Below are positions 29,946 to 40,195 of a DNA stretch of 64,000 bases, piece after piece (the first letter of the stretch is position 1; each line of letters opens with the position of its first letter). The position numbers and the translations under genes were made by a program. The stretch lies in IMG/VR virus record IMGVR_UViG_3300012665_000356, positions 1 through 64,000 of that record. The stretch is one strand, 5' to 3'. This stretch comes from a virus. The notes below the pieces were generated by a model. It was not told the origin of the DNA. It did no database searches and saw nothing but the letters and a program-made list of their open reading frames with translations.

Positions 29946-31754
29946 ATGCCATATCAAATTAATAAATTTAACGGTGATAGATTAGTTGTACTAGAAGACG
30001 GTACACTTGATTCTACGACCAGTGTAGGACTAGTAGGTAAAAACTTTGCCGGTTATGGCGAAATACAAAATGAAAATTTCCTATGGTTGTTAGAAAATTT
30101 TGCTGGTACTGCTGCTCCAAACAAAGCAATAATTGGTCAACTGTGGTATGACGCCGATGCTCAGCGTATTAAAGTTTATACTGGTACAGCATGGAACATT
30201 GTAGGAAATACAACTATTTCCGCTGCGCAGCCAATTGAAAATGCGCCAGGCGACGGATGGTTAGATACAGATTCAAATCAGTTTTATGTCTATGACGGTA
30301 CAGAATTTAAATTTGTAGGGCCTGAAGCAGTTACTGATTTTGGCACAACACGATTAGTGTCTACAAAAATAAGAGATACTGGATCAACTTTCCGTCCAGT
30401 AATTAAAGTAACTTTAAACGATACAGTAATAGGTATAATTACGGAAAGAGATTTTGATATACTTGTTGCTGATGCTGTGCCTGGATTTAGTTCTTTAAAG
30501 AAAGGTATAACTTTATCTTCAACATCATTCTTAAAAGGCGCAGTAGTAGGCAATGCTTCGTCGGCTAGTACTTTAGAAACTCCACGTACTATTAACGGGG
30601 TGTCGTTTGACGGGTCTGCTAACATAGTTGTTAAATCTAGTACCACTAATTATCTTGTTGGCGGAAACTATATTGTTGGCAATGATTTTGATGGTTCTGC
30701 TACCACTTCATGGAGCATTGATGCTACATCGTCTAATATTGACGATAAAATAGTAGCTAGAGATAGTTTAGGAAATTTTTCAGCAAGCACAATAACAGCA
30801 GATTTAACAGGTAATACAACTGGAACACATTACGGAAACGTTCAAGGCAACGTTGCTGGAAACACATTAGGAACACATACTGGGCCAGTTATTGGCAATG
30901 TAACAGGTAATGTAACAGGCACTGTAACAGGAGCAGTAAACGGATTAATTGGTAACACGTCTCCAACATCGGCAACATTTACTGTAGTTTCAATAAATGA
31001 TGAATTAAAATTTTTAGGATCTGCTGGAACTAGCGGTCAAGTTTTAAAATCAAGAGGTGCTGGATTGTCACCAGAGTGGGGATCTGCTACAATTGATCTT
31101 ACTACTCAAGTAACAAACACATTATCTGTTGGCAACGGCGGCTTAGGAAGAAACACTTTAACACTAAATCATTTAGTAGTTGGTGGCGGCGGATCCCCAG
31201 TCCAATTGATTGCTCCTGGCCCGTCTGGTAATATTTTATCATCAACCGGTGTAGCATGGGAAAGTATACCTAACGGTATTGTAGCACAAGTAGCATATTT
31301 CGCAAGACAAACAGCACCATCAGGATGGCTTGTGTGTAATGGCCAAGCAGTGTCTAGAACTACATATTCAACTTTATTCTCAGCAATTGGGTCATTGTGG
31401 GGCGGCGGTGACGGCGTAACTACATTTAATCTTCCTGATCTTCGCGGCGAATTTATCCGAGGATGGGATGCTGGTCGAGGTGTTGACGAAGGAAGAACAT
31501 TTGCTTCGCAACAAACAGATTCTATTGAATCACATGGACACATATTTGACGATATTCGTTGGAGTGAAATTAGCGGAAGTTATACGTACAATGATCCTCA
31601 GCTAGGAACTATTAGTGTTGGGCCAGGGGCTGGTTCAAATAGAGGTACTGACTATGATAACGGTGCCCATTTCTTACAGCACGGAACATACAACACAGGT
31701 ATACACGAGACTCGTCCACGAAACGTGGCAATGTTACCATGTATAAAATTTTAA
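29946..31754 (+). CDS. Tail fibre protein 3 with tail-collar domain
   Basis: Shared N-terminal module; PRTINGVSFDGSANI repeat; collar APSGWLVCNG...FNLPDLRGEFIRGWD; C-terminal ETRPRNVAMLPCIK. Confidence 0.9.
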   Translation: MPYQINKFNGDRLVVLEDGTLDSTTSVGLVGKNFAGYGEIQNENFLWLLENFAGTAAPNKAIIGQLWYDADAQRIKVYTGTAWNIVGNTTISAAQPIENAPGDGWLDTDSNQFYVYDGTEFKFVGPEAVTDFGTTRLVSTKIRDTGSTFRPVIKVTLNDTVIGIITERDFDILVADAVPGFSSLKKGITLSSTSFLKGAVVGNASSASTLETPRTINGVSFDGSANIVVKSSTTNYLVGGNYIVGNDFDGSATTSWSIDATSSNIDDKIVARDSLGNFSASTITADLTGNTTGTHYGNVQGNVAGNTLGTHTGPVIGNVTGNVTGTVTGAVNGLIGNTSPTSATFTVVSINDELKFLGSAGTSGQVLKSRGAGLSPEWGSATIDLTTQVTNTLSVGNGGLGRNTLTLNHLVVGGGGSPVQLIAPGPSGNILSSTGVAWESIPNGIVAQVAYFARQTAPSGWLVCNGQAVSRTTYSTLFSAIGSLWGGGDGVTTFNLPDLRGEFIRGWDAGRGVDEGRTFASQQTDSIESHGHIFDDIRWSEISGSYTYNDPQLGTISVGPGAGSNRGTDYDNGAHFLQHGTYNTGIHETRPRNVAMLPCIKF

Positions 31755-31766
31755 TTGGAGCAATAA

Positions 31767-33548
31767 ATGCCATATCAGGTAGATAGATACAACGGAACAC
31801 TATTTTCAACAGTCCCTGATCAAACAGTAGACTCGTCAAGTTGCGACATTAAACTAGTCGGCAAAAATTATGCTGGATATGGCGAAATTCAAAATGAGAA
31901 TTTTTTACACCTGTTAGAAAATTTTCGTAGCGAGTACGCTCCTAGACGACCAATAGTTGGTCAAATATGGTATGACGAATTAAACAATAAATTAAAATTT
32001 AGAGATTATACAAATACGTGGAAAACAACAGCAATTGTTGATGTTTCTGCTACAGCACCAACAGGTCTAGCAGTTAGGGATAAAGGCAACATTTGGTATA
32101 ATGACTCTCTTAAACAAATAAATGTTTGGGATGGTCTAAACTTTGTTGCTATTGGTCCAGAACTTGCTGTAAATTTTGGCGAAACTAAATTAACATCTGG
32201 CACTATACGTGATAACGGCAATACTCAACACGCTATAATCAAAATATATTCTGACGACACGGTTGTTGGAACTATCAGTAGTGACGAATATTCTATCGGT
32301 GACGTAGATGAAATCGATGGATTTACCACAATCAAAAAAGGTGTAACATTAGTTAATACACCAACGTCTGGTGTTACTACATCTGATCACAGATTTTGGG
32401 GCACCGCAAGTAATACGTTAAAATTTGATGGAAAAACCACCGCAGATTTTGTATTAAGAACAGGGTCTGGATCGACATTTGGTGATACTGGATTTACTGT
32501 AGGCAATGATTCGGATATAAAAATATTTGTAGAAGATACAAATAAACCTGTAATATCTAACCAAGTTGGTAGTAGTATACGTGTTAGAATTATGAATGGC
32601 ACCATTAAAGAAGATGTTGGCGTATTCGATATTACTGGCATGATACCCGGTACTAATGATACTTACAATCTTGGTTCGTCTATTAAAAAATGGAATGAAA
32701 TCCATGCTACTGATTTATTTGGTAATGTTAGAGGGTCAGTAACTGGTAATCATTATGCTGAAGATGATTCAGTAATGATAAACGGTGTAACTAAACAGTT
32801 ATTTGGTTCGTTAACAGGGTCGTTAGACGGCACACTTAGAGCATTAGATAGTAGTGTTGCTTACGATGGCGCTACTAAAACATTTACAGGTACTGGGGCT
32901 AATTTTGTTAATTCTTCAATAGATACATTGACAGTTATTAATCAAGTAATTGGAGATCTTAAAGGCGATATTTACGCTAACGATAATACTATTGCGTACA
33001 ACGCAGGCACAAAACAATTTACAGGATCATTGGTTGGAAACGCAAATACATCTAGTAAATTTTTAGATCCAAAATATATTAACGGTGTTGCTTTTGATGG
33101 TTCTACGAATATTACTATCGAAGATGACACTAAGGTTGCTAAATTAGGAAGCTCAATGACTGGCTATTTGACTCTAGTCGGAGCTCCAACACAACCAAAT
33201 CATGCGGCTACCAAACAATATGTTGATGATAAAGTAGCTTCAAGAACATTATTTTTTAGTTTAGACACAAAAGGATTGTTATTATCAGGAGCTGGTTCAG
33301 GTTCAGTGGTAGCTATATTAAATCAGTTAGCCCCTACAGCGAATTTTTTACCTGGAACTAGAGCGCACATTGCCAGCACTATTCAAAACGTTCAGTCAGT
33401 GGCATCTTTACAATATCAGTCAAGAATTGGCTCAACATATTTGGTTGGTGTATCGGTTCAGACCACTATGCAAAATCCTACTAGAAACAATCTTTTGATA
33501 TATCAAGTTAATTCTTCAGGGACAAGTTGGGAATATGTATCAGGTTAA
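31767..33548 (+). CDS. Tail fibre protein 4
   Basis: Shared N-terminal module; INGVAFDGSTNI repeat; HAATKQYVD motif. Confidence 0.8.
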   Translation: MPYQVDRYNGTLFSTVPDQTVDSSSCDIKLVGKNYAGYGEIQNENFLHLLENFRSEYAPRRPIVGQIWYDELNNKLKFRDYTNTWKTTAIVDVSATAPTGLAVRDKGNIWYNDSLKQINVWDGLNFVAIGPELAVNFGETKLTSGTIRDNGNTQHAIIKIYSDDTVVGTISSDEYSIGDVDEIDGFTTIKKGVTLVNTPTSGVTTSDHRFWGTASNTLKFDGKTTADFVLRTGSGSTFGDTGFTVGNDSDIKIFVEDTNKPVISNQVGSSIRVRIMNGTIKEDVGVFDITGMIPGTNDTYNLGSSIKKWNEIHATDLFGNVRGSVTGNHYAEDDSVMINGVTKQLFGSLTGSLDGTLRALDSSVAYDGATKTFTGTGANFVNSSIDTLTVINQVIGDLKGDIYANDNTIAYNAGTKQFTGSLVGNANTSSKFLDPKYINGVAFDGSTNITIEDDTKVAKLGSSMTGYLTLVGAPTQPNHAATKQYVDDKVASRTLFFSLDTKGLLLSGAGSGSVVAILNQLAPTANFLPGTRAHIASTIQNVQSVASLQYQSRIGSTYLVGVSVQTTMQNPTRNNLLIYQVNSSGTSWEYVSG

Positions 33549-34029
33549 TCTTGTTGAAAATTATATGACTAATGTTGACGAAGTCATTAGTCTAGCCGAA
33601 CAGCACCTAGATAAATTTACAGATAGGGGCCCTGGAAACATTCATAGTTTTAAAACCAATTACGGTCATAGTAAAATGAAAAGTTTATTTTATTTTAATA
33701 TGAGTGAAGAACTAAAAAACGCAGTGTTTAAAACCATTCCAGATGATAGAGAATTTGTATCAACATTTACTATTAACCGATACGAACCTGGCGATTATCT
33801 AATAAGGCATAAAGACAGCAGCGCAGGTTATTGGAAATTCAAATTAATTTTTCTTAGAAGCGATAAATCGCATTTTAAATATTATGATGAACAAGGAACA
33901 GGTTACATTGTTGATGAAAAACCAGGAGCATATTTAGATATGCCAGTTCATTTAGAACACGAAGTAACAGAAATTGGTGCTGATGAGCAACCAAAATACA
34001 GCCTAGTGCTTACATGGGGAAGAATTTAA
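33535..34029 (+). CDS. 2OG-Fe(II) oxygenase (prolyl-hydroxylase-like fold)
   Basis: INRYEPGDYLIRHKD (HxD), HEVTEI (distal His), KYSLV at the 2OG-binding position. Confidence 0.7.
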   Translation: MYQVNLVENYMTNVDEVISLAEQHLDKFTDRGPGNIHSFKTNYGHSKMKSLFYFNMSEELKNAVFKTIPDDREFVSTFTINRYEPGDYLIRHKDSSAGYWKFKLIFLRSDKSHFKYYDEQGTGYIVDEKPGAYLDMPVHLEHEVTEIGADEQPKYSLVLTWGRI

Positions 34030-34030
34030 T

Positions 34031-34501
34031 ATGGCAAAAGTAGCTAGAGATTTATTATTCATTAAATCTACGGGAGTTCTTATAGGAGAACTAGGACCGG
34101 AGACAGATAGGGAATCTTTAAATTTTGAAAAATTTTTAATTAAAAGCGTAGAGCTTGATCCTGAACTTGGTGAATATTGGTACGGTGATCACGACTCGGG
34201 TGAGATTAGATCTAAAGTTGAAAAGCCTGTGGTCACAGAAAGCTATATTAAATTTGATTCTAATATGGTAGTTCATGCTCATTATCCTATACACAAGCAG
34301 ATTAACATAATAATAGATATGTTAGATCAGTCTGGACTGCCTAAAACTGAGGCTTTTACACGTCTTAAAGAGTATATTGATAAAGTCAAAGCACAACATT
34401 TGGAGCAAATTACCGCATACAGTTCGCATCCTGAAGCATACACGTGGGTTTCTGAAGAGGAAGAACACGATATAATTGACAAGAAGCGTAGATTCGAGTA
34501 A
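34031..34501 (+). CDS. Hypothetical protein, possibly a fibre assembly chaperone
   Basis: 156-aa ORF between fibre genes; YPIHKQINI helical segment. Confidence 0.5.
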   Translation: MAKVARDLLFIKSTGVLIGELGPETDRESLNFEKFLIKSVELDPELGEYWYGDHDSGEIRSKVEKPVVTESYIKFDSNMVVHAHYPIHKQINIIIDMLDQSGLPKTEAFTRLKEYIDKVKAQHLEQITAYSSHPEAYTWVSEEEEHDIIDKKRRFE

Positions 34502-34504
34502 GAA

Positions 34505-34510
34505 TAAATA
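34505..34510 (+). promoter_or_regulatory. Putative late promoter box TAAATA
   Basis: GAATAAATATAG before fibre 5. Confidence 0.55.
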
Positions 34511-34528
34511 TAGAAAACTGGAACAAAC

Positions 34529-36313
34529 ATGACCTATCGCGTAGACAGATATAATAGAACTTTTTTAACAAATGTTGCTGATGGCACCATTGATAGTACC
34601 ACTGATCTACGGTTCGTAGGTAGAAACTATTCTGGGTACGGGGAAATTCAAAATGAAAATTTTCTACACTTATTAGAGAATTTTTCAAATACAGTAGCTC
34701 CGGCTAGACCTATTAGTGGACAAATATGGTACGATTCAGGTACAAAAAAATTAAAATTTTATGATGGTGTTAAATTTAAAGTAGCAAGCGGTGCTGAAGT
34801 AGCATCTACTGCCCCGTCTGGCCTAGCCGCAGGCGATTTATGGTTTGACAACGGTACTAATCAGTTATCAGCATGGAACGGATCTAGCTTTGTATTAATT
34901 GGCCCCCAAAGTGCTCCTGGTTTTGGTACTTCTCAGATTGTTACACAAGTAGTCAAGGATGTTAACAACACTTCTCACGTTATTTTACGTGCGGTTGTTG
35001 GTGGTGTTACTACCGCAGTATTCAGTAACGATCCTGATTTTACATTATCGTCATCTAATACCATTGGCGGTTTTTCAGAAACTGGTCGACAAATTAAGAA
35101 AGGTATTACCCTAAATTCTGTTATTTCAACAGGCGTCAGTGATGCTGCTGGATATAGATTCTGGGGAACTGCTAGTAACTCAGAAAAACTTGGTGGCCAA
35201 CCAATTGAAAAATTTATTCGTAGTGATTCTGAAGGTGGTTTTACTGCTGAAATTAATTTCAAAGCAGGGCTAACTGTTAATTCGGGTAACAGAAAAGATC
35301 TTAGAGTTTGGATCAACACCAACCAACAACCAACTATCGAAAATCAAGTTAACGGACCGATAGTATTAAGAATTTCTAACAGCGGGTCAAACGTTGATAA
35401 AGACGACATGCTGATTATGACTAGAGAACAGTTTGATAATACAGATGCTAGTTCTGCTAATGCGTTATTTCCAGGTGCTACCGGAAGATTGAATTTTGGT
35501 ACTTCTACAAAACAGTGGAAAACAATTTATGCTAATACAGTTCAGGCAAATCTTGTTGGTAACGTTACAGGAAATTCTGTAGGTTCTCATAAAGGAAATC
35601 TTTTAGCAGCCAACGATACTGTGGCCTTTAACGCAACTACTCGATCATTTGTTGGCGATAACTTTACAGGATCATTTACAGGGCCAATTAACGGTCAATC
35701 AACATCATCAATAACAGCATCAAAATTAAACAATCTTGATCCTAGCGAATTGGCAACGCCCGGTGTTGCTACAATTCCTATTAGAACATCGGCTGGTATA
35801 ATTCGAGCAGCTAGATTTGAAGGGCAGTCAACTGATACAATTACTGTAAATGGCAGAGCATTATCGGTAACAAAAGATCCAAACACTGTGGTATTAAGAA
35901 ATAACGGTGGTGATGTAGAAGCTAGATATTTCAATGGTACCGCCACATCAGCACAATACGCTGACTTAGCAGAGATATATAAAACTGATAAAGAATATGA
36001 AGTTGGAACTGTAATTGCTGTAGGCGGCGAATTTGAAGCTACAGAAGCTAGTTTAGGTGACAGAGCTATCGGTGTAATATCAGAAAAACCAGCATACTTG
36101 ATGAACAAGGATGCGGAAGGCCAAGCAGTAGCATTAAAAGGTCGTGTGCCAGTTAAGGTTTCTGGTGTTGTTAAAAAAGGTCAACGACTTGTAGCAGGAG
36201 TTTCTGGTAGAGCAGTAGCTGCCACTCATCATACAATGATGGATGTTTTTGCCATAGCATTGGAATCACATCTAGAACCAACAGATGGCGTTATTGAAGC
36301 AATTATAATATAA
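34529..36313 (+). CDS. Tail fibre protein 5 with C-terminal intramolecular-chaperone-like domain
   Basis: Shared N-terminal module; C-terminal YADLAEIY...AIGVISEKPAYLMN...VALKGRVPVKV (peptidase G2/chaperone-like). Confidence 0.8.
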   Translation: MTYRVDRYNRTFLTNVADGTIDSTTDLRFVGRNYSGYGEIQNENFLHLLENFSNTVAPARPISGQIWYDSGTKKLKFYDGVKFKVASGAEVASTAPSGLAAGDLWFDNGTNQLSAWNGSSFVLIGPQSAPGFGTSQIVTQVVKDVNNTSHVILRAVVGGVTTAVFSNDPDFTLSSSNTIGGFSETGRQIKKGITLNSVISTGVSDAAGYRFWGTASNSEKLGGQPIEKFIRSDSEGGFTAEINFKAGLTVNSGNRKDLRVWINTNQQPTIENQVNGPIVLRISNSGSNVDKDDMLIMTREQFDNTDASSANALFPGATGRLNFGTSTKQWKTIYANTVQANLVGNVTGNSVGSHKGNLLAANDTVAFNATTRSFVGDNFTGSFTGPINGQSTSSITASKLNNLDPSELATPGVATIPIRTSAGIIRAARFEGQSTDTITVNGRALSVTKDPNTVVLRNNGGDVEARYFNGTATSAQYADLAEIYKTDKEYEVGTVIAVGGEFEATEASLGDRAIGVISEKPAYLMNKDAEGQAVALKGRVPVKVSGVVKKGQRLVAGVSGRAVAATHHTMMDVFAIALESHLEPTDGVIEAIII

Positions 36314-36322
36314 GGATTAGAG

Positions 36323-37540
36323 ATGGCATTACCAGCAAGCGCAGCAGCACAATTTGACCCAGTTAGATTTAGTGATTATAATAATCTCTATAACTATGTT
36401 GCCGATACATTAGGCCCTATACCTGTTGACGGCGGCAACGTCTTTGGATATAGACTAGGGCGCGGCTATGGTCAGCTAACTACTAGTTTTAATTCTTTAC
36501 TGTATCCATTTCTAAGAACTATTACAAATATTACCAACGCTAGTCCTCCAGTTGTTACAACATCACTAAATCACAATTTAGTAGCTGAAGAACTTGTATA
36601 TTTGGCAAACTTCACACAAGGTGGGTGGAACACATCTACCTTAGAATCAAATTATTTTGTAGTTGACCAAGTGTTAACGCCTACAACATTTACTCTTAGA
36701 GGAGTTGATACACGAACAACCAACGGCTTTGTAACTTGGGGTGTTGGTCAAACAGCACAGTGTACGCAGCCAATTATATCTGCTAATCAATTTAACAATT
36801 TAAGAGCTGACGTTAATAAAATTTATAAACATACCACAGGTGTTAACGCAACACAAGGACAAATGCCTACAGTGGTAAGAAACGCAGGTATCAATCATAG
36901 CGTTTATTTGCCTTATTATAATTTAATAGACAGTGTTTACAATGCTAATTTAAAATTAGGCGAAAGTATAGAATATCTAACACCAACTAGACCAACTAGA
37001 ACTGCTAGTTGGAACTCAAGTATAGTCACTGAGTTTACAGTTGAGTTTCCCACAGAATATGACTTTGTTCAGTATTTTAATACTGGCGGGCTATTAAAGA
37101 TGAACATATTAGTAACTTCTATCTCTGATGCTGCTAGAACTACTAAAAATCAATCATACGCAGATTTAGCCACAAATAATTTTCCATTGTATTACGGAGC
37201 ATATCCTAAAGCCACAATGGGGTACACCGATACAACAAAATGGGCATCGGCAGGTGCTTATCAAGCTAGCTTGGCTGGATATACTGAAATTTATAGAGTT
37301 AATCCAACAGGAACATACGCGGTAAACTATTATAGACTACAACATCGTTTAATTAATGCTAGACGCTTGTCTTTTGTTCTTACTGCGGTAGACGATGTAT
37401 CAAACGCATTTGCTCAAGACGTTACAGCAGACTTTGAATTTAATCTAAGTTTTATCTATACAACAGGATCGATTACTTTGGGCTTTAACCCATTGACTCA
37501 ATTATCTGTAAACTATCAACAGACCTGGCAAGGTTCATAA
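36323..37540 (+). CDS. Virion structural protein
   Basis: 405 aa in the late operon; ITNITNASPPVVTT..HNL beta module; YFNTGG motif. Confidence 0.55.
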   Translation: MALPASAAAQFDPVRFSDYNNLYNYVADTLGPIPVDGGNVFGYRLGRGYGQLTTSFNSLLYPFLRTITNITNASPPVVTTSLNHNLVAEELVYLANFTQGGWNTSTLESNYFVVDQVLTPTTFTLRGVDTRTTNGFVTWGVGQTAQCTQPIISANQFNNLRADVNKIYKHTTGVNATQGQMPTVVRNAGINHSVYLPYYNLIDSVYNANLKLGESIEYLTPTRPTRTASWNSSIVTEFTVEFPTEYDFVQYFNTGGLLKMNILVTSISDAARTTKNQSYADLATNNFPLYYGAYPKATMGYTDTTKWASAGAYQASLAGYTEIYRVNPTGTYAVNYYRLQHRLINARRLSFVLTAVDDVSNAFAQDVTADFEFNLSFIYTTGSITLGFNPLTQLSVNYQQTWQGS

Positions 37541-37552
37541 ACGTTCGCATTC

Positions 37553-37590
37553 TAAATATCCTAGCATATATACACTGTGCTAGGATATTT
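37553..37590 (+). promoter_or_regulatory. 13-bp perfect hairpin covering the RBS of the next gene, with a TAAATA box at its 5' arm (could also act as a terminator)
   Basis: AAATATCCTAGCA (37554-37566) / TGCTAGGATATTT (37578-37590); AGGA at 37582-37585 is in the 3' arm; ATG at 37593. Confidence 0.65.
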
Positions 37591-37592
37591 TT

Positions 37593-37949
37593 ATGGATAA
37601 AAATCTTGAATCAATAATTGAACTATCGGATAAAATGTTATCCTTTAGGACTCAGCGTCTTTACATAAAAGAAAAATTTGAAGCTGATACAGTATTTGGC
37701 TACAGTGGCGGAATATTTAAAATTGATCAGTCTTTTATTTCTTATGTTAAAGTTATGATTGATTTAGGAAAAAAATCAAACACAGTTATACTCGACATAA
37801 ATTCAAATCCAATAATGATAGAAAATTTAGATAATTTTCTTGTAGAAATTATTGACAGATACGTGAGTGCGTTAAATCGATATCACGCAGAGTATCAAGA
37901 ACTTAAATCAACCAAACCTGGTTCTTGGAAAATTTCACGTAAAGTATGA
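37593..37949 (+). CDS. Hypothetical protein
   Basis: 118-aa ORF with SD AGGA, coupled (ATGA) to the first glycosyltransferase gene. Confidence 0.7.
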   Translation: MDKNLESIIELSDKMLSFRTQRLYIKEKFEADTVFGYSGGIFKIDQSFISYVKVMIDLGKKSNTVILDINSNPIMIENLDNFLVEIIDRYVSALNRYHAEYQELKSTKPGSWKISRKV

Positions 37950-38776
37950 ACGCTGGAGCATTGATATTTGCCCATAATTCAGAGACATTAAACTATTTAA
38001 AGATGTCTTTGATAGCCGCTGGGCTTGTTAAAAAAAATTTAAATGTACCAGTTTGTTTGATCACTGATCAATATAGCATCGATCAAACAGATATTGATAT
38101 TGACAAATATGTTGATTATGTAAAACTAATTCCTAGACCAGAAATTAATAATTACAGAAATTTAAATAATCAACGTTGCCAATTTATCAACGGTAACAGA
38201 TTTTCTGCTTGGAAACTAACGCCATTTGAGCGCACATTAGTAATAGATTCTGATTTATTAATATTGTCCGACAGTTTGGCCCAGCATTGGGAGTCAGATG
38301 ATTTTGTAATGTGCGGAAGAATGAACGACATTACTGGTAACAAATTAGACAACGATGATTTAAGAGTGTCTGATCACAGTATACAGTTACGTTGGGCCAC
38401 GGCAATAATGTTTACAAAAAATAGTTATACTGAAAAAATATTTGATCTTGTAGAATACATAAAACAAGAATACAGATATTTTTCAGATTTATATGAATTT
38501 GATCCTAGAAATTTCCGTAATGACATTGCCTTTTCAATTGCTAATCACATAATAAACGGATTCAAAGAAATTGATACGCATTTGCCTTCGCCGTTATTTT
38601 TTACAGATACTGATACTATTTTGTCTGTTAATGACAATCAAATATTAATTCAAGCAGTTACTAATTCAAAAAATATTATAATTCCAGTATCTGGGTACGA
38701 TGTACATTTTTTAAACAAAAAAAATATTTTAGAAAACTATCAAAGTTTGTGGGAGTTAGCATGTTTGGATACTTGA
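37946..38776 (+). CDS. Glycosyltransferase, GT-A fold (GT8-like)
   Basis: PVCLITD; LTPFERTLVIDSD (DxD); RNDIAFSIA; VHFLNK. Confidence 0.75.
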   Translation: MNAGALIFAHNSETLNYLKMSLIAAGLVKKNLNVPVCLITDQYSIDQTDIDIDKYVDYVKLIPRPEINNYRNLNNQRCQFINGNRFSAWKLTPFERTLVIDSDLLILSDSLAQHWESDDFVMCGRMNDITGNKLDNDDLRVSDHSIQLRWATAIMFTKNSYTEKIFDLVEYIKQEYRYFSDLYEFDPRNFRNDIAFSIANHIINGFKEIDTHLPSPLFFTDTDTILSVNDNQILIQAVTNSKNIIIPVSGYDVHFLNKKNILENYQSLWELACLDT

Positions 38777-39612
38777 TTGTAATTTCAAACGATGCTAATA
38801 AAAATTACGGAGCAATGGCTTCGCTATTAGCAATGTCTATTAAACATACTCAACCGTCGGGATACGACAATGTTGCGTTAGTTACTGATAGCGAAGAACA
38901 ATTAAAAATTTTTAGAAATTTACCATACTTTGATAGAGTCATACATTGGGATCAAAAAAAGCATTGGGATGGTCGTAGTTGGATGGACAAATTAAGCCCT
39001 TGGGCTGAAACGATTTGTCTTGATGCTGATATGATTTTTACAAGAGATTACAGCCATTGGGTAGACTATTTTATAAAAAATTGCGAGTTGTATATATCAC
39101 CAACTGCTTATACATTTAGAGGTGACCCGTTAACTTCTACGTATTACAGAGAAACATTTGTAAAAAATGATATTCCTAGTGTATATTCGGCATACACGTA
39201 TTTTAATAAAACCAGTGAACTTGCTAGAGATTTTTTTAATCTACAAAGAATGATAATTGAAAATCCTTTGGAATTTAAAAATAACTATTTTGATAAATCA
39301 CCACCGGAAGTAATAGGAACTGATGAAGCATTTGGACTAGCAGTTAAAATTTTAGATATTGAAGATCAAGTTGCTTATAAACTTCCATTTCCAAGATTCG
39401 TTCATATGAAACCCATGGCACAGGATTTTCGTATACCTATTTCTCGTACAGGTTTAGATCTAGGATATTATTTTAAAAAAAATAACAAATTAAAAATAGG
39501 ACAATTTGCTCAAACAGACATTGTTCATTATGCTGATAAAGATATTAATTTAGAAAACATGATTAAAAATTATCAACAACTAATGATACAAGGATTAAAA
39601 GCCAATGGTTGA
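38761..39612 (+). CDS. Glycosyltransferase, GT-A fold (GT8-like), paralog of the upstream gene
   Basis: VALVTD; LSPWAETICLDADM (DxD); GTDEAFGLA; FVHMKP; IVHY. Start set at ATG 38761 after GGAG. Confidence 0.75.
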   Translation: MFGYLIVISNDANKNYGAMASLLAMSIKHTQPSGYDNVALVTDSEEQLKIFRNLPYFDRVIHWDQKKHWDGRSWMDKLSPWAETICLDADMIFTRDYSHWVDYFIKNCELYISPTAYTFRGDPLTSTYYRETFVKNDIPSVYSAYTYFNKTSELARDFFNLQRMIIENPLEFKNNYFDKSPPEVIGTDEAFGLAVKILDIEDQVAYKLPFPRFVHMKPMAQDFRIPISRTGLDLGYYFKKNNKLKIGQFAQTDIVHYADKDINLENMIKNYQQLMIQGLKANG

Positions 39613-40195
39613 TCTTTACAAAATATGGGTTGAAAAAACTACAGGATCTATAATTTTGTATACTAACAGTGAATTGCCTGAATTAGATAATTCAATTTAT
39701 GTTAGCTATACTGTGCCTGACCAATTTTCTAATATTTTCGATAAAGTTAAAATAGGAGAATTGCCTTTAGGCAGATTGCGAGTAAATGTAGAAAGCAAAG
39801 ATTTTAAGATTTTTAATTTAGATGATTTATCATTTGACGATCCTGAGTACGGCAAATGGACAATGTTAACAGGGTATAGAAAAAATCCTCCAGCATACGC
39901 AGATGTAGTTTTAAAAATTTTTAGCAAACAATTTAAACCGTATTTGTCAATTAAATTTGTTGGAGACCCAGAATTATTAAAAGATCCAAAAAGACATAAT
40001 TTAGATTTTTATGTTACTGCGTTAAATGATATTAATTGTTTATATGAAGCATTTCACACTAACTTTGATCAGCTAGACAAAAATTATGAAATTGTATATC
40101 CTATAGAACGTGTAGAACCTGATAACTTATTCCAAAACAATTTTAGCATTTATTATAGAAAAATTTTTAAAACGGTGTATTACATAATAGAATGA
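39605..40195 (+). CDS. Hypothetical protein
   Basis: 196-aa ORF overlapping both neighbours within the GT block. Confidence 0.65.
   Translation: MVDLYKIWVEKTTGSIILYTNSELPELDNSIYVSYTVPDQFSNIFDKVKIGELPLGRLRVNVESKDFKIFNLDDLSFDDPEYGKWTMLTGYRKNPPAYADVVLKIFSKQFKPYLSIKFVGDPELLKDPKRHNLDFYVTALNDINCLYEAFHTNFDQLDKNYEIVYPIERVEPDNLFQNNFSIYYRKIFKTVYYIIE

Noticed and set aside
2396-36108. Many 60-137 aa antisense or alternate-frame ORFs inside the structural genes
   Set aside because: They are nested in long genuine CDSs, have no recognisable motifs, and are expected from codon bias
25661-36313. Diversity-generating retroelement or invertase shuffling of fibre tips
   Set aside because: No reverse transcriptase or recombinase in the window and no near-identical TR/VR or inverted repeats noticed; similarity between fibres is at the diverged paralog level
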